DNA of 55,083 nucleotides from a virus (Duplodnaviria; Heunggongvirae; Uroviricota; Caudoviricetes): IMG/VR virus record IMGVR_UViG_2923307698_000002, positions 1 to 55,083 of that record; one strand, 5' to 3'. Shown piece by piece: positions 48,133 to 55,083 of this stretch (position 1 is its first letter; each line of letters starts with the position of its first letter). The notes under the pieces were generated by a model. It saw only the letters and a program-made list of their open reading frames with translations, ran no database searches and was not told where the DNA came from. The position numbers and the translations under genes were made by a program.

Positions 48133-48732
48133 ATGCGTAAAGTTTGTGCAGCAATTTTGTCCGCAGCCATTTGTCTGGCCGTATCCGGTGCGCCTGCATG
48201 GGCGTCTGAACATCAGTCCACGCTGAGCGCGGGGTATCTTCATGCCTCGACGAACGTCCCCGGCAGCGATGATCTGAACGGGATTAACGTGAAATACCGT
48301 TATGAGTTTACGGACACACTGGGGCTGGTGACGTCATTCAGCTATGCAGGAGACAAGAATCACCAGCTGACCCGTTACAGCGATACCCGCTGGCATGAAG
48401 ATTCCGTTCGTAACCGCTGGTTCAGCGTAATGGCGGGGCCGTCTGTGCGCGTGAATGAATGGTTCAGCGCGTATGCGATGGCGGGTGTAGCTTACAGCCG
48501 TGTGTCGACTTTCTCCGGGGATTATCTTCGCGTAACTGACAACAAGGGGAAAAAGCACGATGTGCTGACCGGAAGTGATGACGGTCGCCACAGCAACACG
48601 TCTCTGGCGTGGGGGGCTGGCGTGCAGTTTAACCCGACCGAATCCGTGGCCATTGATATTGCTTATGAAGGCTCCGGCAGTGGTGACTGGCGCACTGACG
48701 GTTTCATCGTGGGTGTCGGTTATAAATTCTGA
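48133..48732 (+). CDS. lom: Lom-like outer membrane protein (Ail/Lom family)
   Basis: Signal peptide then beta-barrel-like alternating pattern, C-terminal GVGYKF. Confidence 0.85.
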   Translation: MRKVCAAILSAAICLAVSGAPAWASEHQSTLSAGYLHASTNVPGSDDLNGINVKYRYEFTDTLGLVTSFSYAGDKNHQLTRYSDTRWHEDSVRNRWFSVMAGPSVRVNEWFSAYAMAGVAYSRVSTFSGDYLRVTDNKGKKHDVLTGSDDGRHSNTSLAWGAGVQFNPTESVAIDIAYEGSGSGDWRTDGFIVGVGYKF

Positions 48733-48758
48733 TTAGCCAGGTAACACAGTGTTATGAC

Positions 48759-48786
48759 AGCCCGCCGGTTCAGGCGGGCTTTTTTG
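48759..48786 (+). terminator. rho-independent terminator after lom
   Basis: Hairpin AGCCCGCC-ggttcag-GCGGGCT followed by T6. Confidence 0.65.
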
Positions 48787-48796
48787 TGGGGTGAAT

Positions 48797-51700
48797 ATGG
48801 CAGTAAAGATTTCAGGTGTACTGAAAGACGGCACAGGAAAACCGGTACAGAACTGCACAATCCAGCTGAAAGCAAAACGTAACAGCACCACGGTGGTGGT
48901 GAACACGCTGGCCTCAGAAAATCCGGATGAAGCCGGGCGTTACAGCATGGACGTTGAGTACGGGCAGTACAGCGTTATTCTGTTGGTGGAGGGATTCCCG
49001 CCGTCACATGCCGGGACCATCACCGTGTATGAAGATTCCCGACCCGGTACGCTGAATGATTTTCTCGGTGCCATGACGGAGGATGATGCCCGTCCTGAGG
49101 CACTGCGCCGTTTTGAACTGATGGTGGAAGAGGTGGCGCGTAACGCGTCCGCGGTGGCACAGAACACGGCAGCCGCGAAGAAGTCAGCCAGCGATGCCAG
49201 CACATCAGCCCGTGAGGCGGCAACCCATGCGACTGATGCTGCAGGCTCAGCACGCGCAGCCAGCACGTCAGCCGGACAGGCCGCGTCGTCGGCTCAGTCA
49301 GCATCTTCCAGCGCAGGAACGGCATCAACAAAGGCCAGTGAAGCATCGAAAAGTGCTGCTGCTGCAGAGTCCTCAAAAAGCGCGGCAGCTACCAGTGCCG
49401 GTGCGGCGAAAACGTCAGAAACGAATGCGGCAGCGTCACAACAATCAGCAGCCACTTCTGCATCCGCCGCGACCACGAAGGCGTCAGAAGCAGCCACCTC
49501 AGCCCGGGATGCGGCGGCCTCAAAAGAGGCAGCGAAATCATCAGAAACGAACGCATCATCAAGCGCCAGTAGTGCCGCTTCCTCGGCAACGGCGGCAGGC
49601 AATTCCGCGAAGGCGGCAAAGACGTCTGAGACAAACGCCAGGTCTTCTGAAACGGCAGCGGGACAGAGCGCCTCGGCTGCGGCAGGCTCAAAAACAGCGG
49701 CTGCGTCGTCTGCCAGTGCCGCGTCAACAAGTGCCGGGCAGGCCTCAGCCAGTGCCACCGCCGCCGGAAAATCGGCAGAAAGTGCCGCATCGTCTGCTTC
49801 AACAGCCACAACGAAGGCTGGCGAAGCCACTGAACAGGCCAGCGCAGCAGCGAGGTCTGCTTCCGCAGCGAAGACATCCGAGACGAACGCGAAAGCGTCG
49901 GAAACCAGCGCAGAATCCTCAAAAACGGCTGCCGCATCGTCCGCCAGTTCGGCGGCGTCATCGGCATCATCGGCGTCTGCTTCAAAAGATGAGGCGACCA
50001 GACAAGCGTCCGCAGCGAAGGGCAGCGCCACGACAGCATCCACGAAGGCGACAGAGGCAGCTGGCAGTGCGACGGCGGCAGCACAGAGCAAAAGTACGGC
50101 GGAATCCGCGGCAACGCGCGCCGAGACAGCGGCAAAACGGGCAGAGGATATTGCATCCGCCGTGGCGCTTGAGGATGCAAGTACGACGAAAAAGGGGATA
50201 GTACAGCTCAGCAGTGCGACCAACAGTACGTCTGAAACGCTGGCGGCAACGCCAAAGGCAGTAAAATCAGCCTATGACAATGCAGAGAAACGTCTGCAGA
50301 AAGACCAGAACGGCGCTGATATACCCGATAAGGGACGCTTCCTGAACAACATTAACGCGGTCAGTAAAACAGACTTTGCTGATAAGCGTGGTATGCGTTA
50401 TGTGCGGGTTAACGCTCCTGCAGGTGCAACATCTGGAAAATATTACCCTGTTGTTGTTATGCGTTCTGCTGGCTCAGTAAGCGAACTGGCATCAAGGGTC
50501 ATTATCACCACGGCAACGCGAACCGCAGGCGATCCGATGAATAACTGCGAGTTTAACGGATTTGTTATGCCTGGTGGCTGGACTGACAGGGGGCGTTATG
50601 CTTATGGAATGTTCTGGCAATATCAAAACAATGAACGAGCCATCCACTCAATAATGATGAGTAATAAGGGCGATGATTTGCGCTCTGTGTTCTATGTTGA
50701 TGGCGCTGCTTTCCCTGTTTTTGCGTTTATCGAAGATGGCCTGTCAATATCCGCACCTGGTGCTGATCTCGTTGTTAATGATACGACCTATAAGTTTGGG
50801 GCAACAAATCCGGCGACTGAATGTATCGCGGCGGACGTTATCCTTGATTTTAAGAGTGGGCGTGGTTTTTATGAGTCTCATTCGTTAATCGTTAACGATA
50901 ACTTGTCGTGCAAAAAACTTTTTGCCACAGACGAAATTGTAGCGCGTGGTGGTAATCAGATTCGAATGATAGGTGGGGAGTATGGGGCATTATGGCGTAA
51001 TGATGGCGCTAAAACTTACCTGCTGCTTACCAATCAAGGTGATGTTTATGGTGGCTGGAATACATTAAGACCGTTTGCTATTGATAACGCAACCGGCGAA
51101 CTGGTTATTGGAACCAAACTGTCCGCAAGTCTGAACGGTAATGCATTAACAGCAACAAAGCTGCAAACGCCAAGACGGATTTCTGGTGTTGAGTTTGATG
51201 GTTCCAAAGATATTACTTTAACCGCCGCGCATGTGGCTGCTTTTGCCAGAAGGGCAACGGATACATATGCCGATGCGGATGGTGGCGTTCCCTGGAATGC
51301 CGAATCAGGCGCTTATAATGTCACCCGCTCTGGCGACAGCTATATTCTGGTTAACTTCTATACCGGAGTCGGAAGTTGCCGGACCTTGCAGATGAAGGCG
51401 CATTACAGAAATGGTGGTCTGTTCTACCGTTCTTCAAGAGACGGTTATGGTTTTGAGGAAGACTGGGCAGAAGTTTATACCTCGAAAAATCTTCCACCAG
51501 AAAGCTACCCAGTCGGCGCACCAATCCCGTGGCCATCAGATACCGTTCCGTCTGGTTATGCCCTGATGCAGGGGCAGACTTTTGACAAATCTGCCTACCC
51601 GAAACTTGCAGCCGCTTATCCGTCAGGCGTGATCCCTGATATGCGTGGCTGGACGATTAAGGGCAAGCCCGCCAGTGGTCGTGCCGTATTGTCTCAGGAA

Positions 51701-52195
51701 CAGGACGGCATAAAATCGCATACCCACAGCGCCAGCGCATCCAGTACTGATTTGGGGACGAAAACCACATCGTCGTTTGATTACGGCACTAAATCCACGA
51801 ATAACACTGGTGCGCATACCCATAGTTTAAGTGGCAGCACGAATGCAGCTGGTAATCACAGCCATAGAGATGGCCGTCGATTTAACCCCAGTGTTTTTAA
51901 AGATACTTATCAATATGGTTATACAAGCTCAGGTCAAAATACCTGGGGTGTACAAGGCTCAGTAGGTATGTCTACGGGGTGGTTAGCGAATACCAGTACA
52001 GATGGTAACCATAGCCACTCACTGTCCGGCACAGCAGCATCTGCAGGTGCACACGCACATACTGTCGGTATTGGTGCACACACGCACTCCGTTGCGATTG
52101 GTTCACATGGACACACCATCACCGTTAACGCTGCTGGTAACGCGGAAAACACCGTCAAAAACATCGCATTTAACTATATTGTGAGGCTTGCATAA
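48797..52195 (+). CDS. side tail fibre protein (Stf) with Ala/Ser-rich repeat shaft
   Basis: Long Ala/Ser/Thr-rich repetitive middle region; C-terminal His-rich HxH repeats typical of phage fibre tips. Confidence 0.8.
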   Translation: MAVKISGVLKDGTGKPVQNCTIQLKAKRNSTTVVVNTLASENPDEAGRYSMDVEYGQYSVILLVEGFPPSHAGTITVYEDSRPGTLNDFLGAMTEDDARPEALRRFELMVEEVARNASAVAQNTAAAKKSASDASTSAREAATHATDAAGSARAASTSAGQAASSAQSASSSAGTASTKASEASKSAAAAESSKSAAATSAGAAKTSETNAAASQQSAATSASAATTKASEAATSARDAAASKEAAKSSETNASSSASSAASSATAAGNSAKAAKTSETNARSSETAAGQSASAAAGSKTAAASSASAASTSAGQASASATAAGKSAESAASSASTATTKAGEATEQASAAARSASAAKTSETNAKASETSAESSKTAAASSASSAASSASSASASKDEATRQASAAKGSATTASTKATEAAGSATAAAQSKSTAESAATRAETAAKRAEDIASAVALEDASTTKKGIVQLSSATNSTSETLAATPKAVKSAYDNAEKRLQKDQNGADIPDKGRFLNNINAVSKTDFADKRGMRYVRVNAPAGATSGKYYPVVVMRSAGSVSELASRVIITTATRTAGDPMNNCEFNGFVMPGGWTDRGRYAYGMFWQYQNNERAIHSIMMSNKGDDLRSVFYVDGAAFPVFAFIEDGLSISAPGADLVVNDTTYKFGATNPATECIAADVILDFKSGRGFYESHSLIVNDNLSCKKLFATDEIVARGGNQIRMIGGEYGALWRNDGAKTYLLLTNQGDVYGGWNTLRPFAIDNATGELVIGTKLSASLNGNALTATKLQTPRRISGVEFDGSKDITLTAAHVAAFARRATDTYADADGGVPWNAESGAYNVTRSGDSYILVNFYTGVGSCRTLQMKAHYRNGGLFYRSSRDGYGFEEDWAEVYTSKNLPPESYPVGAPIPWPSDTVPSGYALMQGQTFDKSAYPKLAAAYPSGVIPDMRGWTIKGKPASGRAVLSQEQDGIKSHTHSASASSTDLGTKTTSSFDYGTKSTNNTGAHTHSLSGSTNAAGNHSHRDGRRFNPSVFKDTYQYGYTSSGQNTWGVQGSVGMSTGWLANTSTDGNHSHSLSGTAASAGAHAHTVGIGAHTHSVAIGSHGHTITVNAAGNAENTVKNIAFNYIVRLA

Positions 52196-52779
52196 TGGCA
52201 TTCAGAATGAGTGAACAACCACGGACCATAAAAATTTATAATCTGCTGGCCGGAACTAATGAATTTATTGGTGAAGGTGACGCATATATTCCGCCTCATA
52301 CAGGTCTGCCAGCAAACAGTACCGATATTGCACCGCCAGATATTCCGGCAGGCTTTGTGGCTGTTTTCAACAGTGATGAGGCATCGTGGCATCTCGTTGA
52401 AGACCATCGGGGTAAAACGGTTTATGACGTGGCTTCCGGCGACGCGTTATTTATTTCTGAACTTGGCTCGTTACCGGAAAATGTCACCTGGTTATCGCCG
52501 GAAGGGGAATATCAGAAGTGGAACGGCACAGCCTGGGTGAAGGATACGGAAGCAGAAAAACTGTTCCGGATCCGGGAGGCGGAAGAAACAAAAAACAGCC
52601 TGATGCAGGCAGCGAATGAGCATATTGCGCCACTTCAGGATGCTGTAGATCTGGAAATCGCAACGGAGGAAGAAAACTCGTTGCTGGAAGCCTGGAAAAA
52701 GTATCGGGTGTTGCTGAACCGTGTTGATACATCAGTAGCACCGGATATTGAGTGGCCTGCTGTCCCTGTTATGGAGTAA
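52195..52779 (+). CDS. tail fibre assembly protein (Tfa)
   Basis: 194 aa; start overlaps the Stf stop (TAATG). Confidence 0.8.
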   Translation: MAFRMSEQPRTIKIYNLLAGTNEFIGEGDAYIPPHTGLPANSTDIAPPDIPAGFVAVFNSDEASWHLVEDHRGKTVYDVASGDALFISELGSLPENVTWLSPEGEYQKWNGTAWVKDTEAEKLFRIREAEETKNSLMQAANEHIAPLQDAVDLEIATEEENSLLEAWKKYRVLLNRVDTSVAPDIEWPAVPVME

Positions 52780-52882
52780 TCGTTTTGAGATACGCCGCAT
52801 ACACGTTGTATGCAATAACGTGCTGCGGCTTGGTAAATTTTAGCTAGTTTCAGCAGGAGACATAAAAAACTTCAATATAAGA

Positions 52883-53670
52883 TTAAGCATCACGTATTGC
52901 CAACCTGATTTTTGACTGATACCAATTGGGGCCTTCTGCAATTATTTCTTCCTCAACATGCATGATGGGATGCATTTCAATTTCAGAGTTTTTGACTTTT
53001 AGATCTAGTCCATATTTTTTTGAAATTTGTAAAACTTCATTTTTGAAATCCTTATCTGCGAAAGGTGAAATCCTTATTTCTTCCAACAGATTATTAAGAG
53101 ATACAGGGACTAGTTTTCCCTTTACAGGTGGAGTGTTAAAGGTATTCTCTTGAAAAATAGCTCTAAACTCTTTTTCGTGTTCGAAAGATGGTCTCTTGTT
53201 AAAGAATACATCTGATTCTGGATTGTATTGTTTTATCCAGAAATTTTTGACGTATTTTACGTGTTTTAATTGTAGTTTGTTTAGATTATTATTTTCAAGT
53301 TGGCTTTGGAGGTTTTTTTCTTTGATTTTATGACAACGCCTTTAGCGGGGTTTTTACAATACAGCTTCCACATAGCTTCAGATTCATGTTCGTTACAATG
53401 CCAGCAACTTATATATGTCCTCTCGCTTATTTCCTTAAGTGTCTTTAAATTGAATGCCATGAAAGGCTCTAAGTCCATGCCGGCACCATGAGTAGCGCAT
53501 AGTTTTTCCTGTGTCTCAATGAATTTTTTATAGCCAGTATGTCCCCAAGCAAATTCACCTTCGAACGGATCTTCAAAATTTTTTGCTGAGCAAAAAAATA
53601 AAGCATTTTGTTCGAGTAACATAGAGAATTTCTCTATGTCAAGATATCGCCATATATACTCAGTGTGCAT
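52883..53670 (-). pseudogene. DUF2971-like gene interrupted by frameshift in an A7 homopolymer (possibly phase-variable)
   Basis: AGGAG-preceded ATG at 53670; N-terminal part (129 aa) stops 19 codons after AAGAAAAAAACC near 53310-53322; the -1 frame continues 130 codons to 52883 with family-like motifs (SFEHEKEFR). Confidence 0.55.
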
Positions 53671-53880
53671 GATAGCTCCTTGCAATATAACTATTTCTAT
53701 CTGTTCATTTGTACTTAAAAAGGATTGAGTAGCCCGAACAGTTCTATCCGTAAATATACCAGATAGAAGAGTTGTACAATAACAAATCCTCCGTATAAGA
53801 ACCAGCCATAATAGTCTGGTTCTTAAGTTTTTTTGTTCGAGGGGTTTTAACCTACGATTCGTCCCCATATCGGCGATAAA

Positions 53881-55083
53881 TTAGGCTTGTACCAACGCTT
53901 CTGTTTCTGTGAGTGAAATCTGATAGCGTTTTACTGCCTCAGCAAAGGCGTGCGCGGCATCTGCATTTGATACCATATATTCTTCAGTTACCCCTGTTTG
54001 AGAATGGAAAGTAATATTTCCATAAATGCAAATAGGGATTTGGTAGTTGTCTTTAAAACGACGGTCTGGTGAGCCATTCTTATTCGTTTTCGCCCATGTA
54101 TAACCATCTATGCGTGAGTCACTGGGAACACCTTCTTCCTCATGGAATCTTAGATATTCTGAACTAATTTGTAATTCGCGTAAATCAATCAGAGCGAATG
54201 CTCCATCGGCTCGTGGTATGACTGCAACTCCAGGATAAAGCAAAATATCGTCTCCATTTGCATTTTCAAACCTCATCGCACGCCCTGTAAATTGAATGAG
54301 ATCCGTTGAACTAAAATCAAAGGTAACTGGGTGACGATTAACAGACCGGGTTGCTAATGTTCTTTCAGCAAACTGGTCTGTAGCTTTATCTGCAGTAATA
54401 TCCCATTTTTTGACACTCGATTTTAACATATCAAATGCATGGACCATCGCTGCATATGCGCGCTGTGAAGCATCACTGCTCTCGAATGTTATGGCTATTT
54501 TTGTGCTGTCTTCCCATGAAACTAGGCGAGATATCTCAGCTTGGGTTAGGGGGAGTAGTGTCTCAAGTTCTGCGATGCGTCGTTTGTAAAACCAACGGAA
54601 TAGACTTGATTTGCGTCGAGCCAGCTCGCTTTTTTGTTTTGATTCTTCGGCAAGAGCCTCTTGAAGATCTGCTTTTATCTCTGCTCTTTGTTCTCGTGCT
54701 TTAGCAATCAAATCTCGTAAAGGTAAAAGGGAGGTACTTGTAAGGACTTCTACCGAAGCGCTGGATATTTCATTCATGCCAGCTACAGGCATATATATTT
54801 TAGCGTTCGATGGTGTGTTTTCTGGAGATGACCCAGACCCCAAATGAGGTTCTGTAGGGGCTGGATTTAATGGATTGGTAACTGAGTATCCATCATCATA
54901 GGGCAAGGTAGGTGTAGTATAAGATAAGCCTGTGCCCGGTAATCCGACAGTTGCTCTAACCCCTTTTTTACCAACATTGACAGTTGCGCCAGGCATGCCA
55001 ATGCTTGCACTTATTCCACGCTTGCCAATGTTGAGTCGAACGCCAGGAAATAAAGTAAAGGTTTGTCTGAAACGAAGAGACAT
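53881..55083 (-). CDS. DUF4236-like N-terminal domain protein (400 aa)
   Basis: Start codon is the last three bases of the window; N-terminal Gly/Lys-rich repeat (RLNIGKRGISASIGMPGATVNVGKKGVRATVGLPGTGLSY) recalled as DUF4236; coiled-coil middle. Confidence 0.55.
   Translation of the reverse strand: MSLRFRQTFTLFPGVRLNIGKRGISASIGMPGATVNVGKKGVRATVGLPGTGLSYTTPTLPYDDGYSVTNPLNPAPTEPHLGSGSSPENTPSNAKIYMPVAGMNEISSASVEVLTSTSLLPLRDLIAKAREQRAEIKADLQEALAEESKQKSELARRKSSLFRWFYKRRIAELETLLPLTQAEISRLVSWEDSTKIAITFESSDASQRAYAAMVHAFDMLKSSVKKWDITADKATDQFAERTLATRSVNRHPVTFDFSSTDLIQFTGRAMRFENANGDDILLYPGVAVIPRADGAFALIDLRELQISSEYLRFHEEEGVPSDSRIDGYTWAKTNKNGSPDRRFKDNYQIPICIYGNITFHSQTGVTEEYMVSNADAAHAFAEAVKRYQISLTETEALVQA

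Noticed and set aside
49194-50223. Long ORFs in alternative frames and on the antisense strand within the tail-fibre repeat region
   Set aside because: They are artefacts of the GC-rich Ala/Ser-encoding repeats of Stf, with low-complexity Pro/Arg/Gln-rich translations.
53671-53868. N-terminal extension of the 195-aa ORF
   Set aside because: The extension has no RBS and an odd composition, whereas the ATG at 53670 has a perfect AGGAG and starts exactly at the family-like motif.

Overview
The window reads as an enterobacterial (E. coli/Shigella-like) accessory region made of three mobile units in tandem, with no CRISPR, no rRNA and no intact tRNA. (1) 1-8155: one end of a PICI/P4-like phage satellite, all on the minus strand: HK97-type capsid-like gene, P27-family small terminase, RecA-like Rep helicase followed by an iteron origin, a small-gene operon, a divergent RHH/AlpA regulatory switch and a P4-type tyrosine integrase, ending in a 46-nt 3' fragment of tRNA-Pro(GGG). 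(2) 8156-11310: an AT-rich decayed islet with a translationally coupled two-gene operon, a frameshifted integrase 3' remnant and a DUF2971-like gene with a C-terminal zinc ribbon. (3) 11312-55083: a lambda-like prophage with int/xis, cI/cro, an O-like initiator with internal iterons, an IS629 insertion, Dam-like methyltransferase, RusA, Q, a second methyltransferase, S21-type pinholin/SAR endolysin/Rz/Rz1, cos, Nu1/A terminase, portal, protease-capsid fusion, lambda-type tail genes Z-U-V-G/GT-H-M-L-K-I-J, Lom, and Stf/Tfa. The best candidates for an undescribed system are an antisense three-gene membrane-protein operon wedged between Q and the late promoter (24234-25773) and a DUF4236 gene paired with a homopolymer-frameshifted DUF2971-like gene at the tail-fibre end (52883-55083). 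All protein family calls are from reading the translations and from memory of family signatures; no database search was run.
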